DNA of 63,909 nucleotides, taken from NCBI GenBank assembly GCA_031418815.1, contig JANOJQ010000114.1, positions 1-63,909 of the forward strand, given 5' to 3'. The notes below the pieces were generated by a model. It was not told where the DNA came from. It did no database searches and saw only the letters and a list, made by a program, of their open reading frames with translations. Shown in pieces: positions 49,255 through 61,901 of this stretch. Source of the DNA: Lysobacteraceae bacterium. GTDB lineage: Bacteria; Pseudomonadota; Gammaproteobacteria; Xanthomonadales; Xanthomonadaceae. How positions within the stretch are numbered: position 1 is the stretch's first letter; every line of letters starts with the position of its first letter. A program made the translations under genes and the position numbers.

Positions 49255-50226
49255 TCAGCCGGTGGTGGGGAAGTTGGCAATCGCGAAAGCCACGCGTTCC
49301 GCAGGGTCGGTCGAAAGTTGACCGCCGTCACGCAAAGCCTCGACCTTGTGCAGCCGGCCCTCCAGGCCGTTGCCATTGGCCATCTGGATGGCCAGCCCCG
49401 GGCGGGCATTGAGCTCCAGGATCAGCGGGCCCTTGTCGCGGTCGAGCACGAAATCCACGCCCACGTAGCCCAGCCCCGACAGTTCGTAGCAGCGCGACGC
49501 CATCTGCAGCAAATCGGTCCAGTGCGGAATGGCGAGGCCGACGATCGTGTGCTCGGTGTCCGGGTGCTCACGGATGATCTCGGTGCCCCAGACGCCACGC
49601 TTGGTCTTGCCGGTCGGGATGTCGATGCCGACGCCGATGGCGCCCTGGTGGAGGTTGGCCTTGCCGTCGGACAGGCGCGTGGGCAGGCGGATCATCGCCA
49701 TCACCGGGTAGCCCAGGAACACGATGATCCGGATGTCGGGCACGCCCTTGTAGCTGACGTTGTCGAAGATCGGGTCGAACTGGACGCAGTACTCGACGAT
49801 CAGGTGGTCAGGCTGGCCGCCCAGAGAGAACAGCCCGGACAGGCCGTTGGACAAGTGGTGTTCGAACTCATCGCGGCTCATCAGCGAGCCGTTGGCCCGC
49901 CGGTACTTGTCGCCGCGGCGGCCGGAGATGACCAGGATGCCGTCGCCGCCGGAGCCGTGCGCGGGCTTCACCACGAAGCTGTCGCGGCACTTGAGGATTT
50001 CGTGCAGCTCGGCGATCTCGTGTTCCTCGCGCACCACCGCGTAGAGGTCGGGCACGGGCAGGCAGGCCTGCAGCGCCAGCTTCTTGGTGAGCAGTTTGTC
50101 GTCCACGCGCGGGTAGAACTTGCGCGGGTTGTGCATCAGCACGTAGTGGGCGTTGCGCTGGCCGATGCCCATCAGCCCGATCTGGCGCAGGCGCTTGGCG
50201 ACGCGGAAGGGGTTGAACCAGCCCAT
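49255..50226 (-). CDS. alpha-L-glutamate-ligase-like ATP-grasp protein
   Basis: VDDKLLTK, FVVKPAHGSGGDGI, PDIRII, GKANLHQGAIG, GVDFVLD, LELNARPGLAIQ. Confidence 0.9.
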   Translation of the reverse strand: MGWFNPFRVAKRLRQIGLMGIGQRNAHYVLMHNPRKFYPRVDDKLLTKKLALQACLPVPDLYAVVREEHEIAELHEILKCRDSFVVKPAHGSGGDGILVISGRRGDKYRRANGSLMSRDEFEHHLSNGLSGLFSLGGQPDHLIVEYCVQFDPIFDNVSYKGVPDIRIIVFLGYPVMAMIRLPTRLSDGKANLHQGAIGVGIDIPTGKTKRGVWGTEIIREHPDTEHTIVGLAIPHWTDLLQMASRCYELSGLGYVGVDFVLDRDKGPLILELNARPGLAIQMANGNGLEGRLHKVEALRDGGQLSTDPAERVAFAIANFPTTG

Positions 50227-50229
50227 GGC

Positions 50230-51840
50230 TCAGGCCTTGGCCTGGCTGTCGGCGGTGCCGGTGGCGTCGTCGGCCGCGGGCGGCGGCACGATCGGGTCCG
50301 GCTCGCGGGCCAGCGCGCGGAAGCGCAGCAGTTCGCTGAGGCGGTAGCCCGAGTAGCGGCCCAGCAGCAGCGCCATGGCGAACAGCACCAGCAGCACTTC
50401 CGGGAACACGAACACCACGTGCTCCAGCGGCTGCCAGCTCATCACCAGGTAGGCCAGGGCGGCCACCACCAGGGTGCCCACGCCTTCGCGGATGGCGGTG
50501 CCGGCGCCGCGCTCGTCCCAGGCCACCGACATGCGCTCGATGGTCATCGCCATGATCACCATCGGGAACAGCGCGACGGACAGTCCCACCTCCAGCCCCA
50601 GGCGATTGGACAGTACGCTTACCGCGGCCATCAGCAGCACCACCAGGATCAGGATGGCGGTCAGGCGCGGCACCAGCAGCAGGCGCAATCGCTCCAGGTA
50701 AAAACGCACCAGCAGGCCGAAGCCCACCACCAGCACGAACAGCGTGACGCCGGCCACCAGCGCGGTCTCGCGGAAAGCCAGCGCGATCAGCACCGGCATG
50801 AAGGTGCCGTAGGTCTTGATGCCGACCAGGTTGCGCAGCAGCAGCATGATGAAGGCGCCGATCGGCACCATCAGCAGGATGCGGTAGGTTTCCTGCGCCT
50901 GCAGCGGCAGGCTGAGCAGCGAGTAGCGCACCAGGTTGGCGTCCTGCACCTCCAGCCGGCGCTCGGCGGTGGCCATGGCGTCGGCGAGGTTGCTGCGCAC
51001 GGAGAACATCAGCGCCGACGGCGGCGCGCCGTCGATGGTGAGCATCGGCTCGCCGCGACGGCTCCAGACGAACAGGTCGCTGGGCTTGCCTTCGGCCGCG
51101 GTGCGCGGGTCGAGCATGGTCCAGTCCACGCCGTTGTGGACGATCAGCCAAGACTGCAGGCGCGACTCGGGGTCGCGGTCCACGCCGGTGAGGCGGATAC
51201 CGTAGACAGTGCGCGCGGGGATGCTGCGGCTGGCCAACAGTTGGACGATGAAATTGCTGCGGGCGACGTCGTCGTCGCCGAAGCGTTCGCGCAGCAGCGC
51301 CACTTCTTCGCTGGGCGAGGCTTCGCTCAGGCGGCCCAGCAGCTCGCGGGCGAATGTGATGGTGTTCGACGAGCGCTCACGCACCTGGTCGAGCAGGGTC
51401 TGGGCGGCGGTGGCGTAAGGTTCTTCGAGGACCGGGGGTTCGGGGATCACCGGGTCGAGTCCGCTGGCAGGCAGGGCCTGGTGGTCGTCGGCACGCACGA
51501 TGGTGGCGCGGTAGTAGAGGTCCTGTTCGCCCACGACGCGGCGGATGGCCCACTGCACTTCGCGACCGTCGTCGTCGGACTCTTCGAGCTTGGAATAGTT
51601 GCGGGCGACGAAGCGCTCGTCCAGCACGGTCCAGCCTTCCTGCGACAACGCTGGCAGCTGCAGCGTGACGGTGTTGGCGCCGGTGCGCGGCTGGTATTCG
51701 ACGTGTGCCTGCACGGTCCACACCTGCACCGTGGCGTCGGGCTGCAGCGGGAACTTCAACACGCTCCATTTGTAGTACATGGCGGCCAGGGCGACCGCGA
51801 TGATCGAGAAGGCCAGCAGGTAAAGGTGGCGTTTGCTCAT
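50230..51840 (-). CDS. inactive transglutaminase-like + 7TM (UUP1-type) membrane protein
   Basis: IPARTVYG...W...W...DP fold remnants without the catalytic Cys/His; 7TM motifs GIKTYGTFMPVLIA, LFPMVIMAMTIER, GRYSGYRLSELLRF. Confidence 0.88.
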   Translation of the reverse strand: MSKRHLYLLAFSIIAVALAAMYYKWSVLKFPLQPDATVQVWTVQAHVEYQPRTGANTVTLQLPALSQEGWTVLDERFVARNYSKLEESDDDGREVQWAIRRVVGEQDLYYRATIVRADDHQALPASGLDPVIPEPPVLEEPYATAAQTLLDQVRERSSNTITFARELLGRLSEASPSEEVALLRERFGDDDVARSNFIVQLLASRSIPARTVYGIRLTGVDRDPESRLQSWLIVHNGVDWTMLDPRTAAEGKPSDLFVWSRRGEPMLTIDGAPPSALMFSVRSNLADAMATAERRLEVQDANLVRYSLLSLPLQAQETYRILLMVPIGAFIMLLLRNLVGIKTYGTFMPVLIALAFRETALVAGVTLFVLVVGFGLLVRFYLERLRLLLVPRLTAILILVVLLMAAVSVLSNRLGLEVGLSVALFPMVIMAMTIERMSVAWDERGAGTAIREGVGTLVVAALAYLVMSWQPLEHVVFVFPEVLLVLFAMALLLGRYSGYRLSELLRFRALAREPDPIVPPPAADDATGTADSQAKA

Positions 51841-51912
51841 GACTGTCCTGGTCGTGTTGCCGTTGTCGCCGCTCCGCTCCCCGGGTGGCGAAGCCCCAGT
51901 GTAACCCCGGAG

Positions 51913-55219
<3,307 letters not shown>

Positions 55220-55302
55220 CTATTTATAATGAGTTCCCAGTATAGCGCGTGAGCGCCGCGACAGCGTACGCGGCCTGCCCTGCCGCGTGTAGGCAGGTGG
55301 CG

Positions 55303-56385
55303 TCAGGAGTCTGAGAGAACCCCACGTTCCACGTGGAACCTGGCGTCCGGCACGATGCCGCCCGGCAGCACCGCGGGCGCCTCGGTGGCCGTCAGCAGCA
55401 CCTGGGCGCCCGAGGCCAGCACCGAGGCCAAGGCTTGATGCTGATGCGCGTTGTCGAGCTCCGAGGCCAGGTCGTCCAGGCACACCAGCGGCCACTCCCC
55501 CCGGTCCATCGCGAACGCCCGCGCCTGGGCCAGGATGCAGGCCAGGGCGGTCAGCTTCTCCTGGCCGCGGGACAGGGCCTCGCGACCGGGCAAGCCCACG
55601 TAGTCAATCCGCCAATCGGCCCGGTGCGGGCCAACGCCCGTGTAGCCGAGCGCGAGGTCGCGCTCCCGGGACAACAGCAGCGCGTCTTCCAGCGGGCTGT
55701 CTTCCCGACGCCAGCCAGGCAGGAAACGAAGACCCGCTTGGCCGAGTTCGGGCAGGAACTCGCCCGCCGTTGCCGCCAGCACCGGCTCGAGCCGGGCCAG
55801 GTAGTCGCTGCGCAGGCTGCTCAGCAGTTCGCCCGCCTCGGCCAACTCCCGATCCCAGGGCGCCAGGGTGGCGGGGTTGGGATTGCGCTTGAGCAGCGCG
55901 TTGCGCTGCTTCAGCGCCCGGGCATAGCGCCGCCAGACCGGCAGGAAGGTGGGTTCCACGTGGAACAAGGCCCAATCGAGGAATCGGCGGCGGTGTTCGG
56001 CACCCCCGGCAATCAGCTCGTGGCTTCCAGGTTCAAATGTGACGACCGCCAGTTCAGCGCACAGCTCCGTCAGGCTGGGCGCCGGCGCGCCGTCCAGGCG
56101 CGCCTCCCAGTCGTTGCCCGAGTGGCGCAGGCCGGCGCGCCGGGCCCGGCCCTGGCCGTCCAGCCACTCGGCATAGAGCTCCAGGTTCGGGCTGCCGCTG
56201 CGGATCAGGCCGTCGCGGACCCGGCCCCGGAAGGATCGGCCATAGCCCAGCAGGTGCACGGCCTCGATCAGGCTGGTCTTCCCGGCGCCGTTGCCGCCGG
56301 TGATCAGGTTGAGCCCGGGGGCAGGGCGGAACTCTGCCCGCTCCAGGCAGCGCAGCCGGCTGACGTCCAGGCGGGTCAGGCGCAT
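55303..56385 (-). CDS. recF: DNA replication/repair protein RecF
   Basis: GGNGAGKTS, RRRFLD, GPHRAD, SRGQEK, LDDLASELD. Confidence 0.97.
   Translation of the reverse strand: MRLTRLDVSRLRCLERAEFRPAPGLNLITGGNGAGKTSLIEAVHLLGYGRSFRGRVRDGLIRSGSPNLELYAEWLDGQGRARRAGLRHSGNDWEARLDGAPAPSLTELCAELAVVTFEPGSHELIAGGAEHRRRFLDWALFHVEPTFLPVWRRYARALKQRNALLKRNPNPATLAPWDRELAEAGELLSSLRSDYLARLEPVLAATAGEFLPELGQAGLRFLPGWRREDSPLEDALLLSRERDLALGYTGVGPHRADWRIDYVGLPGREALSRGQEKLTALACILAQARAFAMDRGEWPLVCLDDLASELDNAHQHQALASVLASGAQVLLTATEAPAVLPGGIVPDARFHVERGVLSDS
55325..55340. promoter_or_regulatory. parS site (within recF)
   Basis: cGTTCCACGTGGAACc: perfect 14-bp palindrome matching the parS consensus. Confidence 0.85.
55952..55967. 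promoter_or_regulatory. parS site (within recF)
   Basis: gGTTCCACGTGGAACa: second identical 14-bp core. Confidence 0.85.
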
Positions 56386-56494
56386 GTGACCGCCTTGAGC
56401 CGGACGCCGGGACAGCGCGCGGGCGGCGCAGGACCGTCAAAACGACGCCGCCCGGCATGGGCCGGGCGGCGTGGGCTTGCGCAGGGCCGGTGGG

Positions 56495-57595
56495 TCACAG
56501 GCGCAGCGGCATCACCACGTGGCGGCTGCGCTCATGGCTGGCCTCACGCACCAGCGCGGACGAGTTGGCGTCGCGCAGGTTGATGATGACGTGCTCCTCG
56601 CGCAGGGCGCTCAGCGCGTCGAGCAGGTAGGTGACGTTGAAGCCGATGCTCAGGCCGTCGACCTTGGTCTCGGCCTCGACTTCTTCCTGGGCCTCTTCCT
56701 GCTCGGGGTTGTGCGCCACGATGCGCAGCTGGCCCGGGCTGATTTCCAGTTTCACGCCCCGGTACTTCTCGTTCGACAGGATCGCGGCACGCTGCAGGGC
56801 GGCACGCAGCGCCTCGCGGTCGACCTTCACTTCCTTGTCGGCGCCGATCGGGATCACGGCGTCGTAGTCCGGGAAACGGCCGTCAATGAGTTTGGAGGTG
56901 AACGTCACGTCTTCACGGCGCATGCGGAGGTGGTTGCGACCCACTTCCAGTTCGACCTCGCGGTCGCCGCCCTCAAGGAGGCGCTGCAGTTCAAGCACGC
57001 CCTTGCGCGGCAGGATGATCTGCTTGCGGGTCTGGGCGCCGGCCGGCAGCGGGGCTTCGCACAGGGCGAGGCGATGGCCGTCGGTGGCGACACAGCGCAG
57101 CGAATCTTCGCGCAGGTCCAGCAGCAGGCCGTTGAGGTAATAGCGCACGTCCTGCTGGGCCATGGCGAACGCCGTGCGTTCGATCAACTCCTTCAGCGCG
57201 GCTTCCGGAACGCGGATGCGCTCGACCAGGTCGAGGTCTTCCACCGCCGGGAAGTCGTTGCCGGGCAGGGTTGCCAGAGTGAACCGGCTGCGCCCGGCCT
57301 GCACCGTGACCTTGTCACCGGCCTGGGTGATGGTGACGCGGCTGCCGTCGGGCAGAGCGCGCACGATTTCGAAGAGCTTGCGCGCCGGGATCGTGGTCTC
57401 ACCCGACTGGGCGTCATCCACGTCGGTGCGCGCGACCATCTCGACCTCGAGGTCGGTGCCGGTCATCGACAGCTTGTTGCCTTCGACACTGACCAGCAGG
57501 TTGGCCAGCACGGGCAGGGTCTGCCGGCGCTCGACCACGTTCACGACCTGCTGCAGGGGTTTGAGTAGGACTTCTCGCGTCAGGCTGAAACGCAT
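56495..57595 (-). CDS. dnaN: DNA polymerase III beta clamp
   Basis: TLPVLAN, GTDLE, VATDGHRLA, GRFPDY, terminal VVMPLRL. Confidence 0.99.
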   Translation of the reverse strand: MRFSLTREVLLKPLQQVVNVVERRQTLPVLANLLVSVEGNKLSMTGTDLEVEMVARTDVDDAQSGETTIPARKLFEIVRALPDGSRVTITQAGDKVTVQAGRSRFTLATLPGNDFPAVEDLDLVERIRVPEAALKELIERTAFAMAQQDVRYYLNGLLLDLREDSLRCVATDGHRLALCEAPLPAGAQTRKQIILPRKGVLELQRLLEGGDREVELEVGRNHLRMRREDVTFTSKLIDGRFPDYDAVIPIGADKEVKVDREALRAALQRAAILSNEKYRGVKLEISPGQLRIVAHNPEQEEAQEEVEAETKVDGLSIGFNVTYLLDALSALREEHVIINLRDANSSALVREASHERSRHVVMPLRL

Positions 57596-57820
57596 GCAGA
57601 TCCCCAAGCTCCAAAGAGTGGATATATCTAAAAAGTGGTGGTGGTAGAGCCGGGATTTTCTCCGGATAACACACACAACCCGTTGAAATTATTCGTTTTA
57701 AACCGACTCACAAGGCTGTGTGCCAAGCTCGGGACAGGGTGGCACAAGCTGTGGATAAATTTCCGGCCGCCGCACTTCCCCCCACTTGTCCACAGGCCAT
57801 CCCCAGGGCTCCTGCGGCCT
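57596..57820. other. chromosomal replication origin oriC
   Basis: dnaA-dnaN intergenic region with DnaA boxes TGTGGATAA (57750-57758) and TTGTCCACA (57786-57794) and an AT-rich stretch (TTGAAATTATTCGTTTTAAA). Confidence 0.85.
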
Positions 57821-59158
57821 TCATTCGCTCAGCTTGCGCAGCAGTTTGTCCCAGTCCTCCCGCAGCTTGCCGTCGGTCTCGCGCAGTTCGCGCATGACCT
57901 TGCAGGCGTGCATCACGGTGGTGTGGTCGCGCCCCGCGAAGGCATCGCCGATCTCCGGCAGGCTGTGCTCGGTGAGTTCCTTGGACAGGGCCATTGCCAT
58001 CTGCCGCGGCCGCGCCAGGGAGCGCGTCCGCCGCTTCGACAAAAGGTCCGCCATGCGCAGCTGGTAGTAGTCTGCCACCGTTTTCTGGATATTGCTGATC
58101 GACACCGCCTGCTGCTGCGCACGCAGCAAATCGCGCAGCGTTTCCTGGGCGAATTCGGCGGTGATCGGCTTGGCCATGAAGTTCGAGCGCGCCGCCAGCG
58201 TGTTCAGGGCGCCTTCGAGGTCGCGCACGTTCGAGCGCATGCGCTTGGCGATCAGGTAGACGACGTCTTCGGGCAGCTTCACGCCGCGCTCCACCGCCTT
58301 GGCGGTGATGATGGCGGCCCGGGTCTCGAAGTCGGGCGGCTCGATCGCCACCGACAGGCCCCAGGTGAGGCGCGTCTTGAGGCGCGTCTCGAGGTTTTCC
58401 ACTTCGCGCGGGTAGCGGTCGCAGGTCAGGATGATCTGCTGCTTGCCGTCGAACAGCGCGTTGAACGTATGGAAGAACTCTTCCTGGGTGGTGTTCTTGC
58501 CGGCGAAGAACTGGATGTCGTCGATCAGCAGCGCGTCCACCTGCTGGAACTGGCGCTTGAACTGGTCCATGGACTTCTCCTGCAGCGACTTCATCATCGC
58601 GCTGAAGAATTGCTCCGACCGCAGGTAAAGCACCCGCATGCCCGGGTTGTTCTGCCGCATCAGGTTGCCGGCCGCGTACATCAGGTGGGTCTTGCCGAGG
58701 CCCGAACCGCCGTACAGCAGCAGCGGGTTGTAGGCCTTGCCGGGGCTCTGGGCCACCTGCAGGGCCGCGGCGCGACCCAGCTGGTTGCTGCGGCCCTCGA
58801 CGAAGTTTTCGAAGGTGTAGTGGCTGTCGAGGTTGCCGGCGAAGGCCACCGGCGCCGCCACGCTGCCGGTGCGGCTGGCGCTGACGGGGCCCGCCGCCGC
58901 CGCCGCGATGTCGGCGCGCTTGATTGAGCCCACCGCCAGCGCCACCGGGGCCGGGCCGCCGACGTAGTGCGCCATCAGTTCGCGGATGCGGGCCAGGTAG
59001 TGCTCACGCACCCGGTCCACCACGAAGGCGTTGGGCGCATACAGCGTCAGCCCGTCGGCGCTCGATTGCGCCTGCAGCGGGCGGAGCCAGGCGTGTACCT
59101 CTTCGGCCGGCAGTTCGGCTTCCAGTCGTTCCAGGCAGCGGGGCCAGGCAGCATCCAT
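57821..59158 (-). CDS. dnaA: chromosomal replication initiator DnaA
   Basis: [46 protein letters not shown]. Confidence 0.99.
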   Translation of the reverse strand: MDAAWPRCLERLEAELPAEEVHAWLRPLQAQSSADGLTLYAPNAFVVDRVREHYLARIRELMAHYVGGPAPVALAVGSIKRADIAAAAAGPVSASRTGSVAAPVAFAGNLDSHYTFENFVEGRSNQLGRAAALQVAQSPGKAYNPLLLYGGSGLGKTHLMYAAGNLMRQNNPGMRVLYLRSEQFFSAMMKSLQEKSMDQFKRQFQQVDALLIDDIQFFAGKNTTQEEFFHTFNALFDGKQQIILTCDRYPREVENLETRLKTRLTWGLSVAIEPPDFETRAAIITAKAVERGVKLPEDVVYLIAKRMRSNVRDLEGALNTLAARSNFMAKPITAEFAQETLRDLLRAQQQAVSISNIQKTVADYYQLRMADLLSKRRTRSLARPRQMAMALSKELTEHSLPEIGDAFAGRDHTTVMHACKVMRELRETDGKLREDWDKLLRKLSE

Positions 59159-59200
59159 GTTCAAGCGAAAGTCCGGGGAGCAGCGGCGCCAGGGCGCAGC

Positions 59201-59209
59201 TGTGGATAA
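59201..59209. promoter_or_regulatory. DnaA box upstream of dnaA (autoregulation)
   Basis: Perfect TGTGGATAA. Confidence 0.8.
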
Positions 59210-59265
59210 GTGGTCGGGGCGTGCAGCATAGCGCCGCCGGCTCCGGCCCGCCACGCGCATCTGGC

Positions 59266-59295
59266 TTGACGGACCTGCCGGAGAGCCGCTATAGT
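59266..59295 (+). promoter_or_regulatory. sigma70 promoter of rpmH
   Basis: TTGACG-N18-TATAGT. Confidence 0.7.
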
Positions 59296-59334
59296 CCACG
59301 GTCTTTTCCGCCCAAAAATCAATCGAGTGCCATC

Positions 59335-59475
59335 ATGGCGACCAAGCGCACCTACCAGCCCAGCAACCTCAAGCGTAAGCGCGACCACGGTTTCCGTGCC
59401 CGCATGAAGACCGCCGACGGCCGCAAGATCCTGTCGCGTCGTCGTGCCAAGGGTCGCTCCCGCCTGGCAGTCTGA
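59335..59475 (+). CDS. rpmH: 50S ribosomal protein L34
   Basis: [24 protein letters not shown]. Confidence 0.99.
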   Translation: MATKRTYQPSNLKRKRDHGFRARMKTADGRKILSRRRAKGRSRLAV

Positions 59476-59514
59476 CGAGTTGCCGCCGGTCAACCGGCGG
59501 CGACCCAGCGGGCC

Positions 59515-59952
59515 GTGACCACGACCCCGCCCGCGAGGCCCCATTCGTTCCCCCCGAGCGTGCGCCTGCACGTTTCCGCCGAGTACCAAGCGGTGTTCAA
59601 GGGGGCGAAGCGGCTGACCAGCTCCCACCTGCGACTGCATGCCCACGTCCGGGCCGAGGCCACCGTGCCACGGCTCGGCGTCACCGTGTCCAAGAAAGTG
59701 GACAAGCGCGCCGTCGGCCGCAACCGCATCAAGCGCGTGGCCCGTGAATTCTTCCGGCACGAAAAAGCCCGGCTGCCGCCCGGCGACTACGTGCTGCTGG
59801 TGCAGCCCGGGGCCAAGCTGCTGAGCAACGAAGAGATCCGGCAGCAGCTGCTGCCGCTGTTCGAGCGCGCACGGTCGTTGAAGCCCGCGCCCACGCCCGG
59901 CACAATGCCGGCCTCCCCCGGCGCGTCCGAACGCCCCGCCTCCGATTCCTGA
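59515..59952 (+). CDS. rnpA: ribonuclease P protein component
   Basis: RLGVTVSKKVDKRAVGRNRIKR. Confidence 0.95.
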   Translation: MTTTPPARPHSFPPSVRLHVSAEYQAVFKGAKRLTSSHLRLHAHVRAEATVPRLGVTVSKKVDKRAVGRNRIKRVAREFFRHEKARLPPGDYVLLVQPGAKLLSNEEIRQQLLPLFERARSLKPAPTPGTMPASPGASERPASDS

Positions 59953-60003
59953 CCGAGACCTTGTGCCCGGCCCCGGCCCCACGCCGGCGCCAGCAGCCTC
60001 CCC

Positions 60004-61728
60004 ATGAACCAGACTCGCTCGTTCCTCCTGATTGCCTGGGCCGCCGTCGCCTTCCTGCTGTTCCTCGAGTGGAACAAGGCCCCCGCGGCTCTGGAACCCA
60101 CCACGGCCAGCCAGCCGGCCGCCGTCGCCGCGATCCCTGCGGGCACGGCCATCCCGGACGCCAGCGCCATTCCCTCGGCCGCCGCGATTCCCGGCACCGT
60201 GGTTCCCGGCGCCGCCACCCCAACGGCGGCGGCCGCAACCGCGGCCGCTGCGCTGAACATCACCACCGACGTGCTGCGCGTGCAGATAGACGCGCGCGGC
60301 GGCAGCCTGGTCGGCGCCGAACTGCTGGCGTATCCCGTCAACAAAGACCAGCCCGACATCAAGGTGAAGCTGCTCGACAGCGACCCGCGCCACTTCTCGG
60401 TCGCGCAATCGGGCCTGGTGGCCGTGGCCGGCAGCGTTGGCACCGCGCCCAGCCATGAAGCGACCTTCCGTTCCGAAGACGGCGGCCGCGACTACCGCCT
60501 GGCCGACGGCGCCACCCGGCTGGAAGTGCCGCTGGTCTGGACCGATGCCGCCAGTGGCCTGACGGTGCGCAAGACCTACGTCTTCACCCGCGGCTCCTAT
60601 GCCATCACCCAGCGCCAGGAAATCCGCAACGACGGCGCCGCCCCCTGGCGCGGCGCCGCCTACGAGCAGCTGCTGCGTTCGCCGCCGCCGCCGGCCTCGC
60701 GCACGTCCGGCCTCACCAACCCCGAGGCCTACAGCTTCGTCGGCGCGGCCTGGTACAGCCCGACCGAGAAGTTCGAGAAGTTCAAGATCCCCGCCATCTT
60801 CGAAGACGGCCCGCAGTCGCGCGACGTCACCGGCGGCTGGATCGCCATGCCGCAGCACCACTTCGTGCTGGCCTGGGTGCCCGACAAGAGCGAGCCGCAG
60901 AGCTTCTCGCTGGCCGGCCTGGACGGCGGCACCCGCTACCTGGTGCGCGGCGTCAGCGGCCAGATCGAAGTCGGCCCCGGCCTGTCGGTGACCCGCGAAT
61001 CCACGCTGTGGGTCGGCCCGAAGCTGCAGGGCCAGCTCGAGGCGATCGCCCCGGGCCTCAAGCTCACGCTCGACTACGGCATCTTCACCTTCCTCGCGCA
61101 GCCGATGTTCGACTACGTGCTCAAGCCGCTGCATGACCTCACCGGCAACTGGGGCTGGGCGATCATCCTCACGGTCCTGATCATCAAGCTGCTGCTGTAC
61201 CCGCTGTCGGCCAAGCAGTACCAGAGCTTCGCCAAGATGCGCGCCATCCAGCCGCGCATCGAAGCGCTCAAGGAGCGCTACGGCGAGGACAAGCAGAAGT
61301 TCCAGATGGCGATGATGGAGCTGTACAAAAAGGAGAAGGTGAACCCGGCTGCCGGCTGCCTGCCGATCCTGATCACCATCCCGATCTTCATCGCGCTTTA
61401 CTGGATGCTGCTCGAGAGCGTGGAGATGCGCCAGGCGCCATGGATCGGCTGGATCCAGAACCTCACCGCGCCCGACCCGTACTTCATCCTGCCGGCGATC
61501 AACCTGGCGGTGATGTACCTGACCCAGAAGATGACGCCGACGCCGGGCATGGACCCGATGCAGAAAAAGATCATGACCTTCATGCCGCTGGTGTTCGGCG
61601 TGATGATGGCCTTCTTCCCGTCCGGCCTGGTGCTGTACTGGTGCACCAACGGCATCCTGGGCCTGGCCCAGCAGTACGTCATCGGCAGGCGCCACGGCCA
61701 GGATTCGACGGCCGTCGCCACCAAGTAA
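60004..61728 (+). CDS. yidC: membrane protein insertase YidC
   Basis: GNWGWAII, NPAAGCLP, PDPYFILP, PSGLVLYW. Confidence 0.98.
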   Translation: MNQTRSFLLIAWAAVAFLLFLEWNKAPAALEPTTASQPAAVAAIPAGTAIPDASAIPSAAAIPGTVVPGAATPTAAAATAAAALNITTDVLRVQIDARGGSLVGAELLAYPVNKDQPDIKVKLLDSDPRHFSVAQSGLVAVAGSVGTAPSHEATFRSEDGGRDYRLADGATRLEVPLVWTDAASGLTVRKTYVFTRGSYAITQRQEIRNDGAAPWRGAAYEQLLRSPPPPASRTSGLTNPEAYSFVGAAWYSPTEKFEKFKIPAIFEDGPQSRDVTGGWIAMPQHHFVLAWVPDKSEPQSFSLAGLDGGTRYLVRGVSGQIEVGPGLSVTRESTLWVGPKLQGQLEAIAPGLKLTLDYGIFTFLAQPMFDYVLKPLHDLTGNWGWAIILTVLIIKLLLYPLSAKQYQSFAKMRAIQPRIEALKERYGEDKQKFQMAMMELYKKEKVNPAAGCLPILITIPIFIALYWMLLESVEMRQAPWIGWIQNLTAPDPYFILPAINLAVMYLTQKMTPTPGMDPMQKKIMTFMPLVFGVMMAFFPSGLVLYWCTNGILGLAQQYVIGRRHGQDSTAVATK

Positions 61729-61736
61729 AGGCTTTT

Positions 61737-61876
61737 GCCACGGATTCACGCGGATGGACGCGGATGAAGGGCGAAGAAAATAGCAAAGAAGGGAGGCGGA
61801 CATCCGCCTCCCTTTTTCTTTGGCCGTCGTTGGCTCTATCCGCGGTCATCCGCGGTCATCCGCGTGAATCCGTGGC
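61737..61876. repeat. nested inverted-repeat element with internal terminator
   Basis: 20-bp arms GCCACGGATTCACGCGGATG/CATCCGCGTGAATCCGTGGC, 10-bp ATCCGCGGTC sub-repeats, and a central AAGGGAGGCGGA-CA-TCCGCCTCCCTTTTT hairpin. Confidence 0.8.
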
Positions 61877-61901
61877 CAATATTTTCTGCCACCATTGCCC
61901 C

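Noticed and set aside
59952-60004. Absence of yidD between rnpA and yidC
   Set aside because: To my knowledge this is common in Xanthomonadales; not notable.
61737-61876. Possible CRISPR-like or tRNA-like structure
   Set aside because: Units are 10 bp without unique spacers, there are no cas genes, and there is no cloverleaf consensus.
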